Position numbers and translations under genes: made by a program. Positions 13,860-25,098 of a stretch of 64,000 nt of DNA are shown in pieces. The notes below the pieces were generated by a model. That model had not been told where the DNA came from and made no database searches. It saw only the letters and a program-made list of their open reading frames with translations. Every line of letters starts with the position of its first letter. The first letter of the stretch is position 1. The stretch comes from Thalia democratica (Eukaryota), in NCBI GenBank assembly GCA_965202585.1, contig OZ241830.1:77066001-77130000 (forward strand), given 5' to 3'.

Positions 13860-14311
13860 TAGGGATCGGTAGCATAGAGTCATGTAAAGTTTATTTTCTA
13901 ACAACTAACTTGTTAAAAATTTGGTCCATTAAAATTAGCGGTTTAAAAATAGTTTTTTTTTAACTTTTCAAAACAAAACGTATCGAGATACATGTGAAAA
14001 CGATAGCACTTCAGAAAACTCAAACTATGGTAATTGTGGCCGACTGAGCTTCCAATAAACAGACCGGTCTGATCGTACAGTTTTTAGTAAAACATCCTAC
14101 TTATTTAAACTTTTATAGAAAAATTATTTAACAATGACATTAATAAGAAACCATTAAACAAGCACAATTTATCACAACTAAATAAAATACATACATGTAA
14201 ACTTAAATTATATTGTTTTATACTGTGTTCTTATTTAAACAGAAAGAATAAAAATGGATAAACGTACCGTAACTTAATTGGCCCGCAGGCCGGAGTTAGC
14301 AGACCCTTAGA
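13860..14311. mobile_element. Degenerate hAT (Charlie-like) MITE; paralogue at 22568-23090
   Basis: Left end tagggatcggtagca, right end ggcccgcaggccggagttagcagaccctta. Present in both duplication units, so it predates the duplication. Confidence 0.55.
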
Positions 14312-14454
14312 CTTATGAGTTATTTCACAAATAAACATTTATAATCTATATTTATCAAAAAGTCGTTTTTAGCTCGACTGTTTAAATAAATAAAATTAGA
14401 AAAAAAACATATTTGCTTGTACTTGTATATTTGATGAATAATAAATTTCTACAG

Positions 14455-14639
14455 CTACGAAGAAACCGTTCAAGAAGGGAGGGAAGCAACCGAAGAAGCA
14501 GGAAAGCAGACCAGCAGCACAGCAAGTACAAGCAGAAGGAGATGTGCACGGAAGTTGGCAGGCGAGTCAGCAGATGAAGAAGCAGCTGGCTATAAAGAAG
14601 TTCGAAGGCACCAGGATCACTTTCAGCGACAGTGATTAA
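14455..14639 (+). CDS. SRFBP1: Duplicate terminal exon of the SRFBP1-like gene (candidate alternative last exon)
   Basis: ctacag acceptor, same phase, 185 nt and same stop as 7584-7768; 6 substitutions (4 synonymous, N>S, L>M). Confidence 0.7.
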
Positions 14640-15020
14640 ATTTTTTATTATTTTGGTATTTATAAGAATGTTTGTTGATTATTGGGAACTTTCTACTTGT
14701 TTTTAATTAGCGTTCAAAAAATACTTGTTACGATAAAAATGTAGTAAAGTTCTCAGTGATAACGATTATATTTTTATAAGATTGGTATTTGTAAGAATGT
14801 TTGTTGTTTATTGGGAAATTTTACTTGTTTTTAAATATCGTACAAAAAATACTTGTTACACTAAAAAGTATAAGTCACATTCAGCGACAGTGATTAAATT
14901 TTTATTAAGTTGGTACTTGTAAGAATGTTTGTTGTTTGTTGAGAAGTTTCTACTTGTTTTTAATTATCGTACAAAAATACTTGTTACGATAAAAATGTAG
15001 TAAAGTCTCAGTGATTGTGA
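14620..15020 (+). repeat. ~125 bp tandem repeats in the 3' UTR of the duplicated exon
   Basis: Unit (cagcgac)agtgattaaatttttattaagttggtacttgtaagaatgtttgttg... about 3 copies here and about 2 copies at 7755-8000. Confidence 0.7.
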
Positions 15021-16018
15021 TTAGAAATTCAATGAATTTGACGAATATAGAATAAATATGTATATTGAATTTTTTTTAGAAAATTATATAAGAGTTTTGG
15101 TAAAGTTAATTTTGCAATGATAAAAAAGATTTTTTGGATTGTAAATTTAAACCTAATATTTGTTTGTAATTCTTATAACATTTGTGCTTGAACCAATAGT
15201 TTAAAATTTACATTGAACTAAGCTTTATTTGTTGGAAAATGGATTGAGATGATATTTAATTTGTTTTAAATTGTGGTTTATAGAGAATTGTTTTAGAATA
15301 AATTTGTTTTTTATCAATTGTACTTCTGATAAAACGTTTGCACATATAACTCTAAATAGTACGTATTTTAAGTATTTACCAATTTAATTGTGTTTTTGTT
15401 AAAATAAAAAGTTATAAAATTATAATATCAAAACAAAGTTGATTAAAAATCTTAGTGTTGTATAACACTTTTCAAAACTATGACTCTAAATTGGTTAAAC
15501 ATATTTTACAGTATAAAATAACCAACACTTGTTAAACTATACACTGAGTTGTCATTGATTCAGACAAGATTTTAAAAAACTTTGGCTTGTTATGATTTTC
15601 AAATCTCAGGCTAGTATTGATGACAACAAAGTCATTTAAAAAATTTAAAACTTGTATTTTTTCTTCTAAATAGTTTTTTGTTGTTATTACAGCTTTTTTA
15701 GTATACATAATTGCTTGGTAGTAAAATTTAAAGTTTTCTCTTAAAGCCTTGAACTATTTCACAAACTCCTGCTAATGCTTTTTTTGGTCTTTTAGGCTAG
15801 CTGTTTTGCTAAAAACAAATGCTTATACTAAAAGTTAATTTTAAAGTTACAACAAAACAGGTATTTTGAAATAAAAATCTTAAAGTTATAATGCATAGTA
15901 GAATATGTTTTGATTTATTACACTTGAAGTATAATTTGAGCTAAGTTTTGAGAAATTCAAATCACTAAAGGCGATCTGAAGTTCTCACAAAACTATGATA
16001 GTTTGGTTTTGGTACTGG

Positions 16019-17222
16019 TTTTAACTAAAAAATTTAAACATAAGTCACTCATTTTAAAATAGTTCATAATTTCTTTTAGGTAATCATCAGAATAAACTTG
16101 CTAAAACTGATAATATTATAGTGTAAATTTAGTTATTAAACGGTAATTTTGAAATATCTAGCTAAAAATTGTCACGTCATGAAGCATAAAAGTCTGTTTA
16201 AAATGTTTAAATTAGAGTTAAACTATACTTATGAATTTGAAGTTGTTTGCTAAACAAAACTGTTTTAAACAAAACATTTAAGATAGTAGAAATTTTACCT
16301 GAAATTAAATAATAAGTAGATTACAAAAATACAACAATAAACGACAACAATAATACTAAAGAAGCTATTTATAAAGTTTTAAATTGTAAAAATCTCTCTG
16401 TTTGCAAATTTTTGGCTCGCGAGTTCTAATAAACAAAGATTTTAGAACTGAGAGATGGTAAGTGTTTCTCTCTCTAGATAGAATTTTGAACCTACTATCC
16501 AGGTAGTTCTCAGCACAAACAGGGTTGTTGAGGAGGTGCTGATGAATAGATGACTGTTCACCTTTCGGCTTAACGTCGTCATTAAAAATAAACCTGTTTA
16601 GCTTTTTCGTAATATGCTGCTCTCGCCTGACGTGGAAACGTTGAGGTGTTTGACCTACGTTTTATGACGACGTTAAGCCGAAAGGTGAACAGTCATCTAT
16701 TCATCAGCACCTCCTCAACAACCCTGTTTGTGCTGAGAACTACCTGGATAGTAGGTTCAAAATTCTATCTAGAGAGAGAAACACTTACCATCTCTCAGTT
16801 CTAAAATCTTTGTTTATTAGAACTCGTGAGCCGAAAGTTTGCAAACAGAGAGATTTTTACAATTTAAAACTTTATAAATAGCTTCTTTAGTATTATTGTT
16901 GTAGTTTTGTAATGTACTTTTATTTAATATTTTTTCAGGTAACATTTCTACTATCTTAAATGTTTTGTTTAAAACAGTTTTGTTTAGCAAACAACTTCAA
17001 ATTCATAAGTATAGTTTAACTCTAATTTAAACATTTTAAACGGACTTTTATGCTTCATGACGTGACAATTTTTAGCTAGATATTTCAAAATTACCGTTTA
17101 ATAACTAAATTTACACTATAATATTATCAGTTTTTAGCAAGTTTATTCTAATGATTACCTAAACGAGATTAATTATTAAACCTTTTAAATGAGTGACTTA
17201 TGTTTAAATTTTTTAGTTAAAA
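16019..17222. mobile_element. 1.2 kb palindrome formed by two head-to-head 3' ends of a Penelope-like element (PLE)
   Basis: Arms about 16019-16588 and 16661-17222 are near-perfect reverse complements around a ~72 bp spacer; the arms encode a PLE-type GIY-YIG C-terminus. Confidence 0.85.
16365..16661 (-). pseudogene. 5'-truncated GIY-YIG endonuclease ORF of a Penelope-like element (not in the ORF track)
   Basis: 98 open codons: NVGQTPQRFHVRREQHITKKLNRFIFNDDVKPKGEQSSIHQHLLNNPVCAENYLDSRFKILSRERNTYHLSVLKSLFIRTREPKICKQRDFYNLKLYK*. Matches the YVGQT-x-R-x-L-xx-R-xx-EH...S-x-I-xx-HL...F-x-IL pattern; no start codon. Confidence 0.85.
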
Positions 17223-19949
17223 ATATAATAATGATACTACATATATCATATAAATTATAGTAAATAATCAAAAAGTTTTGTTCAGTTATACTTTAATTTA
17301 GTAGTATAATAAAACCAAAGTAGATGTGGTTAAGCTATAAAATTCATGGTAGTAAACTTGTTTATTGACTTTAAAAAGCTCTACATATATTTCGAACCAA
17401 CTGTGCATTTTATACTAACTTATTATTAGGTACTTCAGTTAATTACTAAACATTTTCAGCAAGTAAAAGTTTGATTGAACATAATATTTTAGACTAAAGC
17501 TTATAAAAGTTTCGTAATTTAATTGCATCAGTAAAAGTAAGTTAAAGTATTTGTGTAAGTAACAATCAGTTTAAACTATGTAATAATTTTAGTTTATTTA
17601 AATAAATAAGCTTTATGTATATATTTAAATGTTTCAGATATACTAAAATATACAAAGCTATAGTTTGAAAGACTGGTAAAAAAAAGTCTTAAGTTTTTTT
17701 GCATAAAATTTAAGTAAAAGTCATAGATAGCGCTTTTAAGCCGATACTGCTAATAATAAGGTCGGATTAAAACGAAGTAGAGTTAAGTAACTATTTTATT
17801 AAAATACTTTTCAGGTTTGACTCATATAATTTACTCTAAAGTGAGTTTTACACTACTTTCTATTTTAAGTTGGTTTTAGGACTTACGGTTTTTATAAGAG
17901 GTCTGTTTGTTGAGCGGTGACTACATCACTGTCCGGTAATCTTTTATAAAAAACGGGCTAGATTAACTGAATTTTTTTTTGTGGGTCATATATTTAAAAA
18001 AAGATTTATTATACGTAACAATATAGTTATTTGTCTTAATTTAAAAAATGTTGCTCAATTTACTAAAATGTAAACAGGTTAATTAAGTAAAAATGTGCAC
18101 CGAAACCTGGTTGTAAATAGATTATTCAATTTGCACATCTTTATTTACTTAGATAAATAACTATGTATATAACAGTAAGTGTGTAACAAAATTGGTATGG
18201 TCTAAAGAAAAAAATAAGTGTATATGCTAACTCTTACTATAAAGAGCTTAAAGTTGCTTCTATATTAGCTTCTGTTTTGCTAAAAAATGTTTCCAGAACC
18301 CTTATCTTTACATCGGAGTGTGAAGCCTGCCTAACTATATATATATAATTTATTTAAATGACAATTTTAAAAATACTGGAACATTTGTTTCATAAAGACA
18401 AAAAAGATTGTCTTTAATCTTCAGCCAGTTCAAATTTAAAATAAAAAGCACTTTGGTAAACAAAGATGCAAAAGTTTTTTGTGTTTGCATCTTTCGGTTT
18501 TTCTAAAATAATGTTTAAAATATCTTTTTTTAAAAGTTGTTTAAATGAGAGGTGTACTATCTCTAGAAGCAGTTGTAATTGAATTTTTAGTCGGTTATCT
18601 ACAAACCGTTAGTCTAGTTTATGCAAAATGGCGTTATTTAATATCTATCATAGATTATTTTCGTACCAAGCAACTTATTTAATACTATAAAAATTTTCTT
18701 TTTTTGAGTTTTTGTTTTCTTCAAACTAAGACTATTCAGATTCCATACAATTGAATTTTACTAATCTGCTATAAGTTTAATTTGATTAAGAAACTCTTCA
18801 GCTTGAACAAATATTAATAAAGAAACTTATGAAATCTTAAAAAACTTAGTGCAGTTAGTATTTATTTAAAATTGACAATTTGTTTTTAGTATTATTAAAG
18901 CATTAGCTTTAAAATGTTTACTTTAATAGATACACGTTTTCAGGGTCATAAGAGTATGTTACAAAACATGTAATTTTAGAAATAAGAAAAACCTTTTGCA
19001 AAATAAATCTGTGAGTTATTAAACAAAAAATACTGTAGTAATTAGAATTTTAAAAATATACTTATGACTTCCTTATCTTGTCTACTCATTGCAACTGTGA
19101 CATTTAAGTTTTAATCAATCATATCATAGAAACAGATTTAAAGCTGGTATAAATATTTAAACTCTGAAATATTTTCATAAACTGTTTATCAGTACAAATA
19201 TGTAAAAATTAATATCTATTGATAGTTTTAGAATAACACAGTTTAAAAAAAAATACAGAAAAATTAGCAACTCAAAAAAAAGAACTAACTGACTGTTATA
19301 AACTTAAGTATCAATATTACTGTTCAATTTACTTTACTATAAGTAACTATATAGTGTACAGTTTGAAACTAAAGTAACATAAATTATAACTTTAAACGTT
19401 GGAAGACATTTGATGATGAGAAATGTTTTTTAAATTTTACGTTTGTAAGTAATTTAGCACATTTTTATCGCCTCAGAGTCTAAGGAGACTTGTTTATTTG
19501 TTATCATTTTTGTTTATCTTTGTTTCACATTGACATAAGTATTTAGATTCAACAGTAGAAACAGAATTATAAGTCTTCAGTCTTTTAAATAATAAGTTTT
19601 AGTTTTTATTTATGACGTAGTTGTAATAAAACAATTTTTAAAACATGAAATTTTCTTTTATAATAAACATGTGCATATGAAACTAAAGTAAGGTTGTTGC
19701 AGCAACAAAAAAACTAACTTTATTTAAAAACAATGTTTAAATTTTTCCAAACTGGCTAATAATTTTGCCTAATTTCAGCATGTTTTATGATTCATACTTT
19801 ATGTTGTACAGATGTGTACTTTATGCAATTATGAATTGGATAGTAACTCGCTTAACTAAGAAAAATTTAACTTAAAAGTTATAAAAATTGGTTACATATT
19901 TTTTAAGATATATAAAGTAGAGTGCTCAATATAAATGAGCTTAATTATT

Positions 19950-21440
19950 AAATATATTTTATTAAACAGTTGTCAACTTAAGCATACGCCGTCTCACCCA
20001 GAAGGGTCTTCAGAGCTTTTAAGTGACACTAAAATGATATGAAGCACACAAATATATATGATGAGATTAGGTAATGAGAAAGTAATTGATTATAAATCAA
20101 TAAGTAATTGCGTGTTGAGAAAATACAAGGAAAGTCAATTAATTAGTTGTAAAACGAAACTAAGCAAAAAATCTCTTCAAATAAAATATTACTTTCAAAC
20201 AAATTGATAGTAATAAATAAATAGATAAACCTAAGATGGTATAACAAACAAATTACGACAACAAATAAATATATATCAAAATTAAAATAAAAATATTTAG
20301 ATCTAAAGTGGGGGCATATCGGAGTTAGTTCTTTTCTTACACTTAGTGCCTTATCTCTGTCCGCTTCAGCAATGGCCATTCTTTCTAGATTGCAAATTGA
20401 ACAATTATCTGTTTTTCTGAGTACTGAGAAATTAATTTTAGATTATATTTGCCATTCTATTTCGGAGAATTCAATATTGTTTGATGTAGTAAATTTAGCC
20501 AGGGCCGTTGATTGTAATTTTTTGAGAATGCTGTGCTTGTGTTGTTTCCACCTTATTTTGAATGAATTTTCCGTAGAACCAATGTATTCTTTATCTATAA
20601 CTTTTGCTTTATTTATTTTATATTGCAAGTTCTATACGTTTTGTTATCAGCCTCTAAAATCTTCTTAATGTGTGAATTGATGATGCTTCTTGTATTGGAC
20701 TAACAGGTATACGAGATTTTAATTGTGTTCTTGTTAAAAATCTTATGAAACTTATTATTTTTGGAAAAATGTAGACGAACAAGGTCCAAGATTTTCTTAC
20801 CTATATCAGTTTTTACAGAATCGAAAAACTGAGGGTTAAAATATATAATATTTCTCAACCTTATGTTTTTCTTACTTAATACAGTTCGGATCATTTTTGT
20901 CGTAGTCTTTTAGCTTATCATTTCCGCTTGAAGTTAGTGCTTCGTTGTAATTTTTTTTCATGATCTTTAATATCTTCTTGTTACTAGAGAGGTTGATTAG
21001 TCTGTTAATAATCATTGGACTTATGCCTTTTCTTATTATTTTGTGGTGATTAGACCCATTATTTATGTATTTTACGTTTGAATTTTCCTTTTTATATGGT
21101 GAAAAAATATAACTGCTTAAATTCATGCTAAATTCTAAAAAATCCGCTTGGATTAGATTGCACTCAAAGGAATCCGTAATACTTGAATATATTTCTAACT
21201 GCTATTTTTGAACTTTCACTTTCGCACTTAAAGCTAGGCCATCGTCACGATATAAGCCAAAAGATAATAAACTACTCACGACAGACGAATCAAATAAAAT
21301 AAAAAGTCCTGTTAGGTCGCAGATAACAGTTGTATATACTTTAACAGAAAACTAAGTATTTAGATCGTAAGATGAGATAACTGTTTCGAGCAAACTTACG
21401 TTAAAAAATCTCTTTTTCTAAGGAGCTCAAAACAGCAGAA
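19950..21440 (-). mobile_element. Degenerate, 5'-truncated Penelope-like retroelement (RT + GIY-YIG)
   Basis: Frameshifted pieces: ICDLTGLFIL, GLYRDDGLA (21231-21258), PYKKENSNVKYINNGSNH, RNIIYFNPQF..TDIGK..KIFNKNTIKISYTC, KEYIGSTENSFKIRWKQH, CSICNLE..ICPH; hammerhead-like motif and AATAAA at the 3' end. Confidence 0.9.
19977..20023 (-). ncRNA. Degenerate minimal type I hammerhead ribozyme motif at the PLE 3' end
   Basis: Minus strand: cttaaaagct-CTGAAGA-ccc ttct ggg t-GAGA-c ggc g-TA-tgcttaag. CUGANGA core, stem II, GAAA>GAGA substitution, GUA cleavage triplet, and stem I aagc/gctt. Confidence 0.6.
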
Positions 21441-21556
21441 GGAAAAAAAAAATAATTTTTATGTCTGCAAGTATTGTTTGCTTTCTTTTATTACAATTTT
21501 AGACTTAGACAAGCATTAAAAATACAAAAAGGGATATTTAACAATATAGGTAATTT

Positions 21557-21593
<37 letters not shown>
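21557..21593. repeat. (TTG)n microsatellite
   Basis: About 12 perfect TTG units. Confidence 0.95.
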
Positions 21594-21595
<2 letters not shown>

Positions 21596-22130
21596 TTTTT
21601 TCACTAAGTGCATAAATCTTCAGTACTTGTCTTTATATTTTCATTTATAAAACTTGAATTTAATTATGGTAAAATTCACTTCTTTGAAAGTATTAAAAAA
21701 CTATGCAATATTTATTTATCTATTCAAATGTAAAATTCTTTTAACTGTTCAAGTATGTTTATTAGATAAAAAAGAACTGTAACACTTATAACACAAAATA
21801 CTGATAAAATGTAACGTTAAAAATTTTCAGTGTGTTACATTTTTACCTCCTTTAAAGAAGTTGTAACCTTTCATTTAAATATTCACATATTTGCTATTAG
21901 TATTGTTTATCTCTTTTTATAAGTTAATTAAAAGTTATTCATATTTATATTTTATTTCTTATGTTGTTTTTTCAGGTTTTCAAGTACACTTCAAACACAA
22001 AATTCACTTAATTTTCGTTTAGTTTTCTTTTCTTTCATTTCGTTTAGTTGATTGTTGTATTAATAAAGGTTTAAATATTTAGATTAAAAAAATAATTTGT
22101 TTTTTAGCCAGTTAGAAACTTTATAAGCAT

Positions 22131-22225
22131 GTGGTGTACGACTCGATAACCGAAAGGTTCCTTTGTACACCAGGTTCTTAGACCAAACTTTTTTAGCGCT
22201 TTTTTGTCGTTCAATAAACAATAAT
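22131..22225 (+). mobile_element. Short interspersed repeat, probably a tRNA-derived SINE fragment (also 11503-11545, 23645-23700, 36419-36500)
   Basis: Shared gactcgataaccgaaaggtt core, then ggttc/ggtc..gacc (box-B-like), T-run and AATAAA. The core resembles the anticodon/variable-arm region of tRNA-SINE heads. Confidence 0.5.
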
Positions 22226-24761
22226 ATAATACACTGATTTGCAAAGATAATAACAATTTATCTGCTTGTATCTATACAAGCAAAGAACTATCATTGCTCA
22301 TTTAAGAACTTTAAGTATAATTCAAAGTTATATTAACACTAATAATGCCAACAAACTCAAAAGTAAAACTAAGTCAATAATGTATTAAAAAACTTTGACA
22401 ACTAAAAGTTCTGAAATCCTTTGTTCGAATATGTACGATAAAAATACAAATGAATTCCATTTCACCAACGAAATGGATCATGTTGTTATATACCTTTAAA
22501 AATATTAAAAGTTAAGTGTTATTTTAATTTACTTTCAATTTTGAATGAACATTAGTTAAATTAAAAACAGGGATAGGTAGCATAAAGTATTTTTGATACA
22601 ATTTATTAATAAATACTTTTAACAGCAAACTCGTTAAAAACCATGCTTCAATAAAACTAGCAGGTATAAAATATTGGGTGTTTTTTAAATCTTAAAATAA
22701 ACATATCGATGTACCAGTGAAAAAGATAAGTTTTATAAAAACTAAACCTCTGGCAATTCAAGTCGACAGAATTTATATATTTTTTAACTACAGACCAGCC
22801 GGATTGGACACACTTTAGTAAGAAATTCTACTTATTTAAAATTTTACAAAAAAAAAAAGTTTAACAACAAAGTTACTAACAAACCATTATGTTAATACCA
22901 TTCTTTACTTACAACTAAATTTACAACTTAACTTTATATTATGTCGCTTCACATTATATTATGTTTTTATTTTAACTAAACTATAAGCAGATAACAACTT
23001 ATATGCATGATTTTCAAGTTACTCAAAAACGGCAGAGGAGGTTTGAAGCCACCCTATTTTGCCCACAGGCCAAAGTTAGCCGTCCCTTGAACTAGAGACA
23101 TGTCAAAAATAAACACATATAAACTGTATTATCTCAAAAAGTCGTTTTTAACTTGACAGTTTAAATTAGACAAACGATTTTTATATTTACTTTTTTCTTC
23201 TTCAGTTACTTTTATTTGTTTTATTATCACGTGATTAGTAGCTACTATTTCTATGTTTATTTTCTCGGCTTCCGATAAGAATAGTCCATATAAGTCAAGC
23301 ATTTTGTCAACAAATAAAAACAAATGTTACATTTCATCAAAAACCAACACATTAACAGTACTATCCGCGATAAGCTTATGTGCTTATAAGAACTTTCTAA
23401 ACACTTATGAGAAATGTTATAGAGCACACACGCTTATAACATAAGAAATTAAAAAGTTTACGACATAGAATACAATACTTTGTTTGTTAATATTTCACAA
23501 CTCATGTTATAAAAACTAATAAAATTCAAAAAATTTACGATTGCTTGTAACATGAAACGATTAATTACTTAAAAGTTTAGATATATAAAAAACTAAATAA
23601 TAGTTAGCTTTATACATAAATGGACACGACCTTAAAAGGTATCTGTGGTGTGCGACTCAATAAACCGAAAGGATTTTTGTGCACAAGGTCCTCGGGTCGA
23701 AGAAAAAAAAAACAATTCATCAAAGAACTTTATAAGACCAAACCAACTAAATAATTTCAGAATAAAGAATTTTAGTTTAACTTCAACACTGCTTTAAGAT
23801 TATTCTATTGCTTAGCAAAACTTTGAAAGTGACATCATGATATGCTTAAGATTAAATCGAGAAAAATGATATGTTATAATTACATAAATTATTATATTCA
23901 GTATAAATATCAGGTAATTTGAAAATTAAATTAGTTTAAAAAGTTTACTTGCGACGATTGAACATTTAAAGTAAAAAATAAATCAGTATTTACTTAGAAA
24001 AAAGTGAATTTGTTTGATATTTAAACAACTAAAAAGATTTTTACTTTTTGTTCCTAATGTTTATAAATTAAAAAAGACAATTTTTTAATGACACATATGA
24101 ATAAACTAATGGTGTAGTAATAGTTTTCATTCATTATAGTTTTGACTTAGAACAAATTCTCTTTATGTTTGTTTCACTGTATATACATAAACCGTAAACA
24201 ATTTATTTAATTTAAACCAATAATTTTTTGTTGATTTTTAGTTATCACTATAAGTATTTAAGGTAAAATGCATCATATTTTGCTTTAAAAAAATTTAAAA
24301 AGTACATTCATCAGTAGTTAAAAAGTAAATGCTTAAAGTAAACAACCATAATTTTTTTCAATTCGGTTAGTGTAATAGCAAGTCTAAAATTAAAATAAAA
24401 CAAGAATAGAGAAAATAAATCAAACAAACAAAAAAGTTTAGCAATTAGCATTATAGGGATATTTATAATTTTGGTATACTCTTAATTCTCTTTCGTAATA
24501 ACTTGTATTCGTATAATCATATGTGAGTAGCTGGTACTATTAATATTTGTTTGTGTGTTACTGATTTAAAAGGGAGGTTTAATTAAATAAGTGTTTGTTA
24601 GATTTTGTAAAGCATAACAGTTTTGATTTTATTTTCTATAATACTTTAAATATTCCTAATTTTAAGTTTTAGTGCAGCACCAATATAGGTAATAATACTT
24701 TTATGATCAATCTTATATAAAAACTTAACAATTAAGTAGAAGTTTTTTATATTCTCTTAGG

Positions 24762-25098
24762 CAAGGGTCGGCAAACTGCGGTTCGCGGGCCCAAAGCGAT
24801 CTATAAAGCAAAAATCAATGGCCTGGAAAGTTCTTTTCAAATGAAAAACATAACAAAGAAGCAATATGACGTTCATGGTTTCAACTTACATTCAAGCTTT
24901 TAATTTGACACATACTGTTTACCAGTGTTCTATCATTGCTTGCTTTATCGCAACACGGTTTAAAACATCAATATTGTGTACTACATCAATACTACAGTTG
25001 TAGTAAAACGACTGCGGCTCGCAGAAGACTTTCCTATATCTAGTGCGGCAAACGAGCGACTTTCAATCCTGCGAGTTATATAAGGCTGCCGACCCATT
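24762..25098. mobile_element. hAT (Charlie-like) MITE
   Basis: caagggtcggcaaactgcggttcgcgggcc ... ggctgccgacccatt; 8-bp flanks ctcttagg/ctctaaag (6/8). Confidence 0.75.

Larger units (their letters stand above)
7560..14410. repeat. Tandem segmental duplication, unit A
   Basis: Collinear anchors with unit B: 8565/15600, 10360/17915, 10560/18270, 12050/18705, 12260/18935, 13170/19765, 13766/22468, 14355/23133. Non-coding identity about 70-80% by eye. Confidence 0.85.
14430..23190. repeat. Tandem segmental duplication, unit B (expanded by Penelope-like and SINE-like insertions)
   Basis: Same anchors as unit A; extra segments 16019-17222, about 19950-21440 and 22131-22225. Confidence 0.85.

Noticed and set aside
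16500-16600. Cytochrome P450-like exon (VVLSTNRVVEEVLMNR) with nearby GTAAGT/CCAG sites
   Set aside because: It is the antisense of the GIY-YIG ORF and has an immediate stop.
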